From Phoronis australis (taxonomy: Eukaryota > Animalia > Phoronida), in contig NMRA01000252.1 in the NCBI GenBank assembly GCA_002633005.1, positions 62,001 to 126,000 on the forward strand: 64,000 nucleotides of DNA, read 5' to 3'. Made by a program: the position numbers and the translations under genes. The stretch's first letter is position 1, and each line of letters starts with the position of its first letter. Below, one piece after another: positions 25,915 to 40,663 of this stretch. Under the pieces are notes generated by a model. It saw nothing but the letters and a program-made list of their open reading frames with translations, was not told where the DNA came from and did no database searches.

Positions 25915-26602
25915 GCGGTCTGTTGCATGAAAGAGTCTTATAGCGACTCAGCTATGTTTTCTACATTTTCAGCCCATTTGTTGACTTTGTACACGAACTA
26001 ATGCTTTCTTTGTCCATCGCTTTATCTGCATTGTGAGCTCATTTTACTTATGTCATTATCAAGTAATGTATCTGAAAACTGAACCATTCTTTCAATGAAA
26101 ACAAATAGTGAGCAAGGCTTTAAATGAGGGACGTTGTATGAATCGATGCGTATTTATTTCCAATAATATTACGAATCAAACGTATAGTTTACATTCAGAT
26201 ATACTTCAAAGCTGAGGGACGTTGTATGAATCGATGCGTATTTATTTCCAATAATATTACGAATCAAACGTATAGTTTACATTCAGATATACTTCAAAGC
26301 TGAGGGACGTTGTATGAAACGATGCTTATTTATTTCCAATAGTATTACGAATCTAATGTGTAGTTTACACTCAGATATACTTCAAAGCTGAGGGACGTTG
26401 TATGAAACAATGCTTATTTATTTCCAATAATATTACGAATTTAACATATAGTTTACATTCAGATACACTTCAAAGCTGAAGTCGCAATGGAGATGAAATA
26501 GCAGAAGGGCATTCAGTGTTTGTAAAAAGTCCAAAAATGCGCTGATATTTTAGGGAACTTAGTTGAGTCGTGATTGATACTGTTTAATGCAACCGGTCAC
26601 TG
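25915..26602. mobile_element. Harbinger-like MITE (same family as 35838-36262) carrying an internal tandem array
   Basis: Degenerate left TIR gtctgttgcatgaaagagtc..gactcagcta and right TIR tagggaacttagttgagtc..tgcaaccggtcactg. Internal blocks (ttgtgagctc; aaatagca..tcagtgtt) match the 35838 copy. Confidence 0.7.
26125..26479. repeat. Tandem repeat, 88-bp unit, 4 copies
   Basis: Unit tgagggacgttgtatgaa...cagatatacttcaaagc recurs at 88-bp spacing (for example 26213, 26301, 26389). Confidence 0.95.
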
Positions 26603-26771
26603 ATGCCCTACAGTTTTTTTTTGAAAGTCACCTGGTGCCAGCTGAAGTGAGGTGCAGGTTTGAAAATGAGACGGCCGCAGACCAGAACCAATTATAACAT
26701 TTTTGGCCTGATCAAAAATTAAATGTTATTTAAGCTATCATGCAACAAAACCTCTTAAGGAGTTGTATATG

Positions 26772-27050
26772 CAACAACACGCACGTGCGGCTACATACTA
26801 GAAACAACACGCACGTGGAGCTACATACTAACAATACTCGCGTAGGGGTATGTACTATCACCAACACGCACGTGGAGCTACATACTAACAACACTCGCGT
26901 AGGGGTACGTACTATCAACAACACGCACGTGGAGCTACATACTAGCAACACTCGCGTAGGGGTATGTACTATCACCAACACGCACGTAGAGCTACATACT
27001 AACAACACGCACTTATGGCTACATGTTAACAACACGTGCATGCTGTACAC
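26772..27050. repeat. Composite minisatellite (~57-bp dimer of related subunits)
   Basis: caacacgcacgtggagctacatacta alternates with acaacactcgcgtaggggtatgtactatc. Confidence 0.9.
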
Positions 27051-27443
27051 TAGGAAATTGTGCAGAAGCATCTAAGACGATAAGGACTTTTCATAACCAG
27101 TTTCTTCCCAAAAGGATGCCTTTTCTGAAAAATCGCTACTAAAGATTTTGTTTTTAATAATACATGTACTTTTAAAACTTTTTGCAAAGATGTAGTCATT
27201 TTCAACAACGCGGTATATCTTGTTCCGTTTCAAGCTCAGTGGGTTATTATAATCTGCTGTTCAGGAGTCCCTGCGAGGGGTTAGGACTGTGGAATTAACC
27301 CCTACAAAAGGGGTGATGTTTCTGTAACAAAGCCCTACTGTGGGGTCATTTTTTCATGAAAGCTACATCCTTTTCGAGCCCATTCTCTAAATGTAGTGTT
27401 CTGATTTTCCAGCTGCACCTCGCCAAAAATACAGTAGAGTACG

Positions 27444-27680
27444 CATGCGCGCATCCAGCCTAAAAATTGAGTGGCTCGAAGTTTTGAGAATGTGGATTTT
27501 TCACTAAGATTTACGGGTATGTTCAAAGCTATGAATTATGCATTCGCCGAATTTTGGTTGTTCCTGCCTCTTTACTGGACTTTTGTCTCGTTTTTGTTTC
27601 TCTGAGGCGCACTTTTTCGCCCACTTCGCTGAATGCGGGGGGCTTGTTCGAGCCCCGAGCTCCCCCTGGGTGCGCGCATG
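27444..27680. mobile_element. hAT-like MITE (CATGCGCGCA.CCAG TIRs), inverted copy of 55474-55719
   Basis: TIRs catgcgcgcatccag and ctgggtgcgcgcatg. The interior aligns to the reverse complement of 55474-55719. Confidence 0.75.
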
Positions 27681-30600
27681 TAACCCTCGAGGTCCTTTGC
27701 ATGTCGATCATTTACTAGCCTTTCGAGGTCCTTTACATGTCGATAATTTACAAACAGTCACTTAATTAGTATTACCATGCAAAATTAAATCCCCGATTTA
27801 CACGTGCACATGTTTGACAGAGAATTTCACCGCCACTACAAGTACAGTGTAAATATGCCAAGTTTTACTTAAAGATACGTTTCGCACATTTTTTACAGCT
27901 TTACAACTACTGCGGCTAACGCCTCTTGTCAAAGCACTCGTGTTGGAACCAGTTTTTATGTTGGAATCGCCTTTTATGCAAAAACAGATCATCCACATTT
28001 CCGCATATGTGTACTTATGTGTCTCTAGCACATTGTCTCATTATGCTTAAAGCGCCTGTTTAGATGTCATTAGAGAGAGAGGTGAAATTAGTTGTATTGA
28101 AGTAGTGTCTGTTATGCGTGGGTTCTGAGCGAGGAAAGTCTCGATTATGCCATAATTTTTTTGAAGAATCTGTGATATAAATTTGGATCAGCCAAGAAAA
28201 ATGTAGCCTATAGGAGTCGTGAGATATTTGAAATTCTCACCCAATTTCAAAATGACGCAGAACAACGTCTAAGAACATGTAACAAAAAGTATTGATATTT
28301 TTATACACGTACTTTGTGTATCACTTACACCAACTGTGTCCGTTAGGTGGCATTGTCCTATTTAACTGCAGTGGTTTCTATCGCCAATAGTTAATTAAAT
28401 TAAGGTAATAAGGTGGGTTACGTAACAGTAGCAGTTAAGGCCACGCATGATGGTCTAACGACAAATTAACATGCCAGCGCTGTGTTCGGCTAAGGATGTG
28501 CTGATACAAACCACGTGTGTAGTGAGGTAATAACTCTTCGACTTCTCCACGTGCTTTGGTTTAAAGCCTAATAAAACTATTCTCCGTTTCTGTTAAACTT
28601 GTAGTTACATGAAGTTATAGCCAAATGACTTATAACTAGTTAAACACTCCTTCTCTGTTTTTAATCACTTAGGCTCGAAATTAAAGATAGCTGCAATTCC
28701 TGACGATGATTACTGGTCGGCCGCGAAACCGATATCTTCCCCAGCGTGGTGTCATATTCTCAGAAAAAATGCTCGAATCTTATTTTAGGAAACGGTGTTG
28801 GTTTTCTTTCAGAAAGAATTTATAATAAGTCTGATTTATGCTTTTAACGTTTCTACAAGGAACGTATTGCCTAAGATCGGCGACGTTAACTGAGCTCAAC
28901 ATTTGTGTGGCTCAACTGGACAAACATGGTCAATATCAACCCTATCAAACGACCATTCAAAGCTTCACCACGACTAGTCCATCCAAATTTGTATTTAATG
29001 TTTCAAAATTGATAAAAATTGAGTTAATGATAATTAACCGGCATCGTTTCCCACTGGAACCTTGGGAAAGAAAATGTAAAGAACTCCAGCGGATGTTTAC
29101 ATACGTGTAAATTCCAATGGTCATGATTGCAATATAATTTCCACATTCACCGTGTATATCTGTTGGTTTCGTTTGAAGTGGTCGTTTAAGTACCATTTGG
29201 TGAAGGTTGTGTACCCGCATTGTAGCCGATGCCATTATTGCCATGCAGAATACGCTGCGCGTTCATGCTCATTAAATTCGTAGTTACAGTCTTCGAAAGC
29301 ATAGGCTTATTGTGCTTTTAAAATTAATTTACTAGTTTTGCCTTTGGCGTATGCCTGGACAGTGAAATAGGACAAACATGCTGATTGGAAGAAAGGAAAG
29401 ATTAGAAATATTTACCTCGTTGATTCATATCAAGTGCCTTTAATAACTACCCTTAAAACTTGTGTACCTTAATGATTCATGGCGTGTCTTGCATAGAGGA
29501 GGTTCTGTCCATAGACATAGAGGTTGTATCTCGCGAGTAACGATCAGTTTTGTTTTCATTATACCTTGCCGTGTGCGGCCTGGGTAGATCGTTCAAAACA
29601 ACCCAATATACACGTTAGCACAGCGCTGTATCTAACAGCGATTTCTTAAATGATATCCCTTGCTAACTTACCCTGTTCTTTACCGTTACCACGGTAACTG
29701 GAATTTGTGTTCTGCAATGATCTTAATAATGTGCAATTGGAAAACAGACGGTATGATATTTCAAATTCCCACTTTAGATAACCTTCACGTGTGCAGGTCA
29801 TGAAGAAATTACATGGCAAATGACTCTGCCGAAAACAGTTATTACCAATTCAGCTCTTCAGTTTGCAGTCGAACCTTTTTTGTCCGCGGGGGAATACAGA
29901 ATTAGAACGATAAATTTGAACAGAAAATGAGCACGTTGTGGTCACAGCTGTACGTCTTATATATCGACTGAGTTAGATCAGCCGTTGTCTGCTCTACCTG
30001 TGCTACCTGGACCAAGGGATTTAGATAATCTTTCAAGGTCATAAACAACGTATTCTGACACTGGACTTGTACTGAAAATTGGGAAACTGTTTGACGAAAT
30101 AGTCCCCCAGTGAATTAATGGTTCTCCCGAAATTCAGAATACAAGATTCCCATAAGAGAACAAGTAGCGTGTGACGCTTCTGTCAACACGTCTGAATCAA
30201 AGCATTTGTATCAATGGACATTCCTCTTTCAGTTTACTACGGCTTCTCTTTTTGTAATTAAGAATATAAAAGGCCTCGTAAAACTGCCTTAAAATTGGAA
30301 ACGACTCATTAAAATTGATTCAAAGCCATTTTCACCCGATTTCTGCTATGCTCGTTTAGTTAAATTCACGACCGGCTAATTCAATAGGTATAAATTTCGC
30401 CAAGCATGGCATTGGCTCACAAGCAAAGAACCGGCGGCATCCTTTGAAGTTGGGTCAAAAAATGACTTAACATTTCCCGAGTAAGTCAGGCATCTGGTAA
30501 GTTAGTCAGCGCTTCATATTTTGAGATATGAAGAAGTTTAAGAGTTTTTGATTGCTTCGAAATCATCACGCAAACGGTAGCGGTGCAGACGATGAACACT

Positions 30601-33323
30601 GCTTAGTAGCTTTAATTACACGCTGGACATCCGCCCTTTGGATAGCGTGAAGGGGACATTTCGCGTGTCCATGCAAATTTGATATCTAGTACAGCTGTAG
30701 GGTAAATTTGATGACATTAACGTAAGTTTGTCACGGAGTTGTTGGGGGTTAAAATCTATATTTAAAAACAAACTCTTCTCAAATGTAGTAAAGCATTGAT
30801 AATGTTAGATCCTAAATTTATTCACTGTTCAATAGTTGGTATCATGTATTTTGAAGAACAACTGCAAGTTTTGTGTGCATGGATTGATGAAAATGTTCCT
30901 AATATATTTCTATGTTGACTGCTTTATATGAAGGGACTATCTTTGCAGAAATTGTCTGAGTAGTTGTAAACATTTGATGAATGGGAAATTTGAAGGACTA
31001 TTAAGGGCCAAATTATGTTCGTTATTTCAAATTGAAAATGGAAATATAGTTTGCTGGCCCATTTGTTAAGACAAAGCCGAAACAAAGTTGAGACAGCGAT
31101 ACAAACATCGCTAAATGCAATGTAACCGCGAATATAAACATGGTTGTAAGACGTTACAACAAGCAAGAGTTACTGAAGTATGTGCGCTCAAGGCAGCGAA
31201 AAGAAGTAATGCCATTATGAATTAATGTTTCGATTAAATTTGTAAAATTCAAAAGAATTAATGATTGAAGCCCTATAACAAATAATTCAAAACATTCAAA
31301 GAAATTATTTTTGTAAAAACTGCTGCCTGTAATTGTTTATTGTGCTGCAATGGCTATGAGTTGCTTTTTTAGGAATTTAATTTGATTTTTAATGCCCGAA
31401 CCAATTTCCTAAAAATCGGTTGTAGTAGATATTTGTTCTAAACTTGTTTGAAAATAGCCAAAATTAGATCACGTTTTAGTTTTTCAATGCTAAATTTTCA
31501 CACTTTGACGTTTTGTTTTAATTTGCTTTAGATTTGCGGAATGAAAGTCTTTTTTATTTGTCTCAAGAAGTCGCAATGCCCAAATAGGCACTAGTTTATT
31601 ACTTTTCCTTAACGCTGCCCTCTGTAAATTACCGTGTGATTTCATTGCCGTGTGATTTGCACAGGAGAAAGAGGTATCTGTTATTTCATTCTTAGTTTAA
31701 GTGTTGAATCATGCCGGTTGTGCTTTCTAGCCGTAGTTGTCACAATCAGTCGTCAATGAAGTAACACGCCATCATCCGTATATCCGTGTTGCGTTGGTAA
31801 CACCAACTGTTGTTTCAACCACCGTCAATTCCACTCCGTCTATGCAATGTTTTACAGCTGACATAGCAATTGAAAACTCGTTTAACTGTCTCCACAAAGG
31901 TGTCTGTTAAATATATGGTCCCATGCGTCTTGCTGATACATCATTCTTAAAGATAAAGTCTCCACTTGTTTTATAAATATATTATGACCTTCGTGTCTCA
32001 GTAGCTCTCTTACTCAAACAGTCAATCATATAAAACAGTTCCTGTAGATGTCACCCATATACCGATAACTGCTTAAAAATGTCAAAGATAATCCACTGAG
32101 CAGGAATCTTTATAAAATGGGCAGAGTGGTTAGATGTTGTCTTCATTATGTTTAAATCATTAAGACAATGGCAAATAACTATTCATAATCCGCTACCACA
32201 TTGACCACAAAACTAAGTGCTTGCGGTTTGTGTACTTACAAACAATATTTAGAACGCTTTCAAAACTCTATGGTCTCAAGTTTGGAAATAATTTGTTTTG
32301 CTCCGAAGTAGTGATATGTTCGGTTAGACACAACCATTAGAAACGTTTGACCTGGTTATTCGAACCGTAAATAGGCGTTAACTTGGTCAGTCACTGATAT
32401 TTTGGAACCATTTAACATGTGCTGCAATAAACCCGTTTTTCAATACCGAGAAACTTTTATTTGATTTAATGTTATCTTTACATGAACTCTCTAATGCGTA
32501 AATTTTACATTGCAAAAACAAAACTGTTTTTATTAGAGATGCTCCTCGTTTGAAAATTTCAAGCAGATTCTCTATTTGAAAACTGCTCTTATTTTATTTC
32601 AAACTTCCGTTCTACGCTATGTAAACCTATGTATTATTAACACGTGAACGGACTCCACGTCAACATGATATCCACAAGTATGTTTACAAGAATCTTGTGT
32701 TCCACTAACTAATTGTAAAGAAACGTCAGTGTTTAGTTTGTTATTGTCGTATAAACATTGATGGCTTGCATCATAACTGAGCTTACATCTCACCCTCAAC
32801 TGTGGTTATCCTTAAACAATGGGCAGGATTGGGCTTTTTGTAAAACTGTAATGTCGCACCGCTTATAGACCCCAGGGAATGGAGTGGTACCTTGTTTCAA
32901 TTTCAAATAAACCATTGACTACATGAAAACGAACAAAATATTGTTGAGTTTTCGCTATCAGAACTCTGGGTGTCTTTAGGGTTGATTTCTATTAAAGTTG
33001 TTACATTTTGTAAAAAAAAACAGAGTTGGGCATGTATGCATCTTAGCTAGCCATTTTATAATACACAACTCGAAAAAGTTTCTAAATGATTCTATTTTTT
33101 ATTTTGAAAATTGGCACCACATGTTTAAAGGGAATCAAATTAAAAACAAAACAAAATGAAGACGAGGGTTATTTTAGCTAGACAGGTAACATTCCAAGCT
33201 TACAGCCTTTACGTAAAAAAATGTTCTTTTTAGATAAATCTGTCAGAAGATTTAAAAAAAATCATTCCAAGACTAAGTTTACTACACTGCGCTCTTTCTC
33301 AACCTTTATAATTATAATTGCAG

Positions 33324-33402
33324 ACAGTAAACAGTCCTCAGTATTTCACGGAGAAGCTGCATCACTTTGGCGAAGTATCCGCGGCATACGGACACACGAC
33401 AG
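33324..33402 (+). CDS. MyoD: MyoD coding exon 2 (79 bp; TVNSPQYFTEKLHHFGEVSAAYGHTT+G)
   Basis: ttgcag acceptor and G|gtaaac donor. Enters in phase 0 and exits in phase 1, joining exons 1 and 3 in frame. Size and phases match the short middle exon of MRF genes. Confidence 0.85.
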
Positions 33403-33530
33403 GTAAACTTTTCTGTAGAGGCTTCAGTTAAACTTGGTGTAAATACTCCTTTAAGAGAAGTGAACTTTTGAGTTAGGCCATTTTACGTAAAAAAACTGGT
33501 CTCAAGCAGTTTCTTAGCCAGATTAGAAGT

Positions 33531-33780
33531 CAGGGGCCTATTCCAAGAAACTGGCTGAAGTTCATTTTTGTACTTAAGTCTAAGATTTGTGTCAACTTCT
33601 AAACTTTTGAAACTTCCACATCCGATAAGATAGTCAAAATTAAGACAATAAACGTAAAACGTAAGTCAAACTTAAAATTTTTTTCTTGAAACAGTCTTAA
33701 GACAAATTTAAGTTACCTTAAAATTGACTGAACTTTAGGTTTGTCTTAGATTAGCCAACGATTCTTGGAGCAGGCCCCTC
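33531..33780. mobile_element. Harbinger-like MITE in MyoD intron 2
   Basis: TIRs aggggcctattccaagaa and ttcttggagcaggcccct. Confidence 0.65.
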
Positions 33781-35837
33781 AATTCAGAACTTTGATAGAA
33801 CAGTCAGTTCATTAGACAAGGTTCAACAAGTTGCGTTTACCCGAATAGCCATTTTGCGTTTGCGCGAACTCCAGCAACAACGATCTGTCAGTTCTTGACA
33901 AGCCTGACAATATCATCTAATCTCACTAATTAGCCACTTGAGACCATTTTTATGAGAGCAAGTGGCCTAAATCAAAAATTATTTTTATTGAGGGCGACTT
34001 TACGCAAACTCATATTTTCTGCCGCACGTAACACACAGTGTTCTATCTTATAATGGGTGCGTAACTTTAGATTGGACACATTATTTTTAGTGTGATAGAC
34101 TCACTTGTGAATTGTAAAACATGGAGAAAACGAGACTAGGCATTCGTTACATATGATTGACGTCAGTGGCGCTATAGGTATAAGCCCTGTTTCGTTCATC
34201 GTACAGATAGTATTCGTTTCATGGCACCGTCATAGTAATGTATTTTGCATAGGGAAATAGGAAACAAGCGGTAAACAAATCGTGTAGATTTTCCTGATAA
34301 AAATACGAGAGGTCAGTTCTATTATTTTTGGTCTTACAGGTGTACATGTACTTGTGAATGCCAATTGTAAAAATAATTAGACAACAGAGAACTTTTAATT
34401 AAATTGTAAGTTGATAAAGAGATCCGTGTATACACGATGATTAGGTGCTGAACAAACTTTTCCAAGAGTGTCCATTGCTCTGTTTTTCCATATCCACTTT
34501 GAATACTGGGCTGCTCACCCTGTAGGTCAGTAAATGGTCTCGGGATGGTGTCAAAGCCCAAAGGAGCAGTACTCAGTCTCACATGATCAATGTCTACCCG
34601 TCTCGCTTTCCCAACCTCAGCTCGGCGGGAGTGCGTAGAATATTGTTGAGAGTATTTACTCCTTCTTATTAGAAGCTTAGTGAAAACATCTGGCCGATAA
34701 TTCATCAACCACTGACTTAGGGGTTCCATCCATTCCAATTTATATTTCACGCATCACGACTAAAGCGGAACATTACTCGCGAAATTGTGTGCACCACCTA
34801 TGAAATATGCTAAAAATACTAACCGTAGACCATGGCGAAAGTTGAGTGTTTCTTTTGTCACCATAGCTTCGCAAAACTTTATTATATAATTTTACTCTTT
34901 CACGAGTTTATCCTGCACAATGGCTGTATTACTATGTTTTTATGATTTTGCATTATCTCAAAAATATGTTAAGCTATTGCAACTCTACTTGAGAGTTTTC
35001 TATAAACGTGAACAGTGGTAGTCAGCTATTTCGTTTTGTAGTTTAAATAATTTTGGCAAAACTAAAAACAGGTGCACGGAATTATAAAATCTATCTAATA
35101 TTTAATTACAAAAAACGCTGGAAGTAATGCTAGTGATAAAAGCATTAAAAACTAGTGGGGTGCGATAAAAGTATCGTTAAGTTCGAATGTAACTAGCTGA
35201 AATATTGCAGCTAACTAAGACCAGTGACCAGGAGCCAGTTTCTTGAAATTTGTCTTAGACTTTACAATCACCAATCTATAATATAGGATGAGTTTAGCCA
35301 GTCAACAGATATCATTATTATATAAAAGTTTTACCTCTGCTTTTGTTTGCCTTATTTTTCTTTTAATTTTCTTTTTTTCTTTTAAAGTTGTCGGGTACAC
35401 GGTTAAATCTCTACATATGGCGGCAGTTGAGTGAGTGCCCATGTGCGGCCCTGTTATATTGTGGGGTACCATCAAATATGAAAATTAAACTAGCAAATTC
35501 ATATTTAATTCAGCTAAGTTTGAAAATATTTGGATGTGTGTTAAATGAGCATTTTTTGGGCTTTAGTTTCGACTGAACTGACTTGAGTTAAAATTCGTTT
35601 TATGAAACGGAAAGAGTATTTTTAAGTCGGGAAATTTGGTCGGCACACTACTATTTCGAAAAATAATTTAATCTCGCTTCGGCTAAAAGGCAGTGTCTCA
35701 CACATAACTTATCAACTATTTTTAGCGGTAATGCGCTCATAATTATTTGACTAAACTTTTATTTAGCAATTGTGAAGTGGAAGCCCTAGGCTAGATTTCT
35801 GTATTACGTATTGAGTCCTTTTTCATGAAACATACCC

Positions 35838-36262
35838 CAGTGTCCGGTTGCATGAAACAGTCCCAAATAGGGACTCAACTAAGTTCCCTAAATCTTTTTC
35901 GTATTTTTTTCGTTCTTTAGGCACAGATGTATTACTTTTTCTATAATTTTATCTTTATTGTGAGCTCTTCTTTGAGTAATGGCATTTTCTAATAATAAAA
36001 CTTAATTCAATCAAAACAGTTAGGGACTTAGTCCTTAAATTGGCGGAGCTGCATGAAAAGATCCTACTTATTTTCAATAATATGGAAAATTCAATCCCGA
36101 GTTCATTCTCGACTTGTATCAAAGTCGAAAATTGGCATAGTAATAATACTCAAATAGCATAAAATAAGACAATCAGTGTTTTCACAAGCCCGCAAATATG
36201 CAGTAGATTTAGGGAACTTAGTTGAGTCCCGATTTGAGACTGTGTCATGCAACCGGCCACTG
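35838..36262. mobile_element. Harbinger-like MITE with ~55-bp TIRs
   Basis: cagtgtccggttgcatgaaacagtcccaaatagggactcaactaagttccctaaatc versus gatttagggaacttagttgagtcccgatttgagactgtgtcatgcaaccggccactg. CAG/CTG flanks. Confidence 0.85.
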
Positions 36263-39200
36263 GACCCCATGCACGTGGCTATTTTTGAAAGTGATTTCTT
36301 GACAAGTCGTTATTTCACAAGGTAATACGATAACATTAAGTTAAGTGATATTTTCATTTTTGAATAGTGAAGGAACTTAAGAAGAAATGTAAGAAGAGTG
36401 CACGTTGCTGCAGATCTCATATTTTGACTGGTAACAAGCTAACTGAAAATATCGTGGGAAGATCCTTGTGTTGTCTCGCCCCTTATAACTAATAAATCAT
36501 TCACTTTCTCCATGCACACGGCATGGTCGGTGTCTAAATTCAGGTCTACTGCGTCCCGGACAATGGCGCGACTCAGCGGGCGCTGCAAACTATGTTTTTC
36601 TCGCACTGTTTTTTGTTTGTATAACCTTGGGTATTTGTAGCGACTTTTAAGCGACCGAGTACAATAACTAATTAACAGAAACAAAAACTCCAATTTGCTG
36701 CGCCACCTTGAAATATAATGAGATCAATAAATTCTGCCAATTTTCAGATCTTGATTTGATCTTCCTTGTGGTCTATTTCTGTTTTTAGTGAAGCTTCTAC
36801 GCTCTCTTCGTTAATGCATTTTTGATTGAATACTGAAGTGATTGATGTATTAATGTCATAGTATTCTTGTTTAATTCTCAAAAGATACTGCGAAAGCAGC
36901 CTAGTTTATCAACAAAAACGTGCTCATTTAAAAACTTTTCAGCCCTCTTAAAGACGCTACTCTCATTAAAACTTTGGGTATGGAAAATTCAACTTGCGCC
37001 ACCTGGTGAATTTCTGGAGAATTGTGCATCAAACTTTAATTTGTAATTCGAAAATAAAGTAATATATTCCCCAAACATATACGCCTGGCATAAGTACCAG
37101 CTACAGATTTGGCTTAGATGTAAAATTAGTGGGTAAACTAAGATGGCCGTTCGATAAAAAAAATTGAAATTGGTCGACGTTATGTCAGAGTGATAACAAG
37201 GTATGCACTGCCTTAGTGGGGGTGTTCTTACGATTCCCATTTCATTTCACGAAATTTAAGCAAACCCTTAGAATTTGCACCACGAGAGAGCAAAATCTTT
37301 GATTATGGATTTTGCTCTCAAGTATTTGCTCTATGCAAATAGACGCAGGTAGGTTTCCGGTACAATGGTCGGCTACTGGAACCACTTTTAACATGTTTCC
37401 ATGAAAAGCTTCCCTCCATATCGAGTTAATAAGATGACCATTTGGCGATCCTGTCGTAATCGTAAGTCTCACCATGCGTGCAATACGTATAACGGGGTCA
37501 AATAAAGTATTGGGGACAAATAAAAACAACACAAGATTAATATATATTTTAAGTTGTATTGGGAATTTCAGGGTCACGGTTCTACAAATAATTATTTCGC
37601 AGAAGGAACCAGATGGGTTTGTTTTCGATCTCTTGATCTCGTTGGTCCTTCATTTACCATCATTAAATTTCCATAAATATTAACATAAAATATTCAAACA
37701 ACGAAATTTCAAATTCTTCTCGAACACTGTGCGCTCAGGTATACCGGAACAGCCAGGGTGGTCTGTAAGCAAGAGTTAATTTGCATATCCAAGATTTTAA
37801 TGAAGTTGAATGTATTTAAAGCATTACGATGTCTGCCCACAACCAATAGGGTTATTATCTTTAAAATGTGTTTAGCAAATAATAAATGATGTTTGTGTTT
37901 AAGAAACTGCTGTTACTTATGATTTCCTGTGTTGAATTAAGGTGCACTTTAACATTTGAAGCTTTCCATTGTTTTTTCTAGTTTTTCATGTTAAACGTTA
38001 AACTGAGTTACGTTAGTTTCCGCTTTAATGCCAGTCTGTTCGAGAGATAACGACATGTGAATGTAAATTATAACTAAAATTCACCTAAGTAAAAACTCTC
38101 TTCTTTTGACTTTACAAGAAGAAGAATCTGACATGGGCTGAGCAATATTTTTACGCTTATGCAAATGTCTCCAAAAGAAAATAACTCACAGACTTTTCTC
38201 AGGTATCCACGAGCTCGGTCGCAAATGAGCCAAGAGAGATTAGGAATTCGTCAGTATCACAATACCACCAGAATTTCGGAAGATTTTGATATCGTTGTAC
38301 GCTCACCAGGCTAGCCACAAGTTTGTTTTAACTAGCTGAAAATTTACAAAGTAAACAGTCAACGTTGGTCGCAACTTACCGATCTAATGAATGCAGAAGA
38401 AGTCCGATATTGAGAACATATGCATTTCAAGTTCAATTATTGCAAGTTTTGAAGTGATAATTATTCGATGGTTATTTTGTGGTCATTTTTATCGATTATG
38501 ATAACAAAATTGTTTTTTATTCCTTCGAGCAAAATTACGCGCATTCTTTTAGCGACGGTCTTTTAGTCGCAGGTCTAATAGAAATTAAAAGACCTTGAAA
38601 AAATTTCTCATTATCAAACGTATGAAATGACAGCACTTATCTTTGAGTTTTATGTATACAAAAATAATAATCTGTATAAATGATTGAAATTGATACAAAT
38701 TACAACTTTTTATTTACCTGCATTTTTGTGATTGATTTAAATTCATTGACTAAACCGCTTATTGTTTCGACCAACAGGAGCAGTTCAATATAACTAGTCT
38801 GGAGGCGTCACTTCTGGGTTTTTGAATACCGGTTGGTCAAATTATTCAATAATCTTCGCCCTCATCAAATGGAGTTCTTTTGCACATTCACCGCGTTACA
38901 CGGCTACCGCGTTTTGCATAATTATTGTTTTCTGATGAAATGGGAAATGTCTCTTAAAATAACAAGAGCGTTGTAAACGAGTTTAAAATTGGAATTTAAT
39001 TAAAACCACATGGTGTACAGAGCAAGAAGAGGAATGTAAAGTCGATCGTCTTTAACACGGCAGCGTAACCCTATGTGAGCCTGGATAATAGTAGTGAAAC
39101 GAAATATCCATTAAATTGTACTGCGGTGCTGTGAATAGTTTGGACAGATAATAGTATAAAAATAATATGATTAAGTGCAGTTTGTCACTTGGTATGTGGA

Positions 39201-40663
39201 AAGTTTGAATTGAGAACTATTTCCGACACGTTTTTGGTAAGTGTGAACCCGTACTGAACGCTTACTCCACTATCTTTCGAAATGTTTCAAGCGCATTCAA
39301 GGCACACCAGATGGGAGTAGCATCTATTAAATACTGTATAATAACATACGGCTATACGCATCAAGACGGGTTTAAATGAAACATTTTTGTACAACTGCGA
39401 AAACACGAACATTGTAACTTTTTTACTGTTTTTACAAAATTGTGTTGTCATAAATCAATAGATGGCGTGTATGAAGACTTATCTGTCTTACTTATTGCTT
39501 TTATTTAGTAAAATATTGGCAAAGTTTGTAAAACATCTGTTTGTAAACACTTTCGAATAAATTCACCCAAGTATTTCTGTCACTGCTCACGCAGTTATAA
39601 CCTGCATGATGAATGATCCGTCGCGCTATTCCTGGTCTCACTTCAAAAGACTTGTGGTATTGCAATGTCTGTTTTAAGCGTCTATGCCGTTTTGAAGCGT
39701 GTCCCTAATTTTGTGCCCCATGCACTTTTCCGACTGACTCAAATCACACCTTCTAATTAAATGCATACAGCACAGTGCTAGATAATGTGAGTATAGGCTG
39801 TGTTATTGTGGGATAAACAATGTCTTTTTAGTTTTGATATGATGACAGACACACAGGTGTTGTTTGAACAATTCATCACGAACTGTCAGCAGAAAATAAT
39901 GATACTGTGCCTTATGTGATGCGGTACCCACTCGAAACGTGTTCATGAAAACCGGCCGGCTATGATCAGTTACATGTACAAAGGTGTTCATGAAAGCCGG
40001 ATATGATGAGTTACCAAGTTCATCTGATAGTCACATCATCAGTCTTGTCCGAAAAAAACCAGTGCTCTGCAAGCAATTCACTTTGTGGATTTGTAGGGTG
40101 GGAATCTCAAACATTAAAAGAGTTTATATCTACGAGCATATAATATATTGTATGGCGGAAGGTAGGCCAGTACTTCTTTAGTGTTGGCTTGTATGGGTAG
40201 ACAGACAATTTGAGGCGAACCGCATTCTCTGATTAGCGTTTGGTCAGAATATGCCAAACACAAGAGTGAACGTGAAGCTTGAATATTAGGAGAAAAGTAA
40301 ACCGTTTCCAGGCAACGCGTACTGTTTGTATGCTTGCGACGGAGTCGATCAGCGTTATCAGAGGTTTGGCGTTGTGCCAAGCAAAGTTTGCAATAACCAG
40401 GACATGATATGTTGATCCATGCAAGATGGTAGACGTAAAATCTATTCGCCATTTGATTTTGTTTTCATGGTAACAGTTAAACGCGTTTAATACCTACTGA
40501 AATATGTAGACATCACTTGTCATTCAGTCTATTGGGAGTTTCCTGTCTTGGGAAATCCCGTACCTCGTATTTCCTGTATTACACGCATAAACATCGATTA
40601 TTAAAGTTTTTAGAGATAGGTCTTAAGAACTTGTGCTCAGAAGATGACGTTTATATTCTTCAG

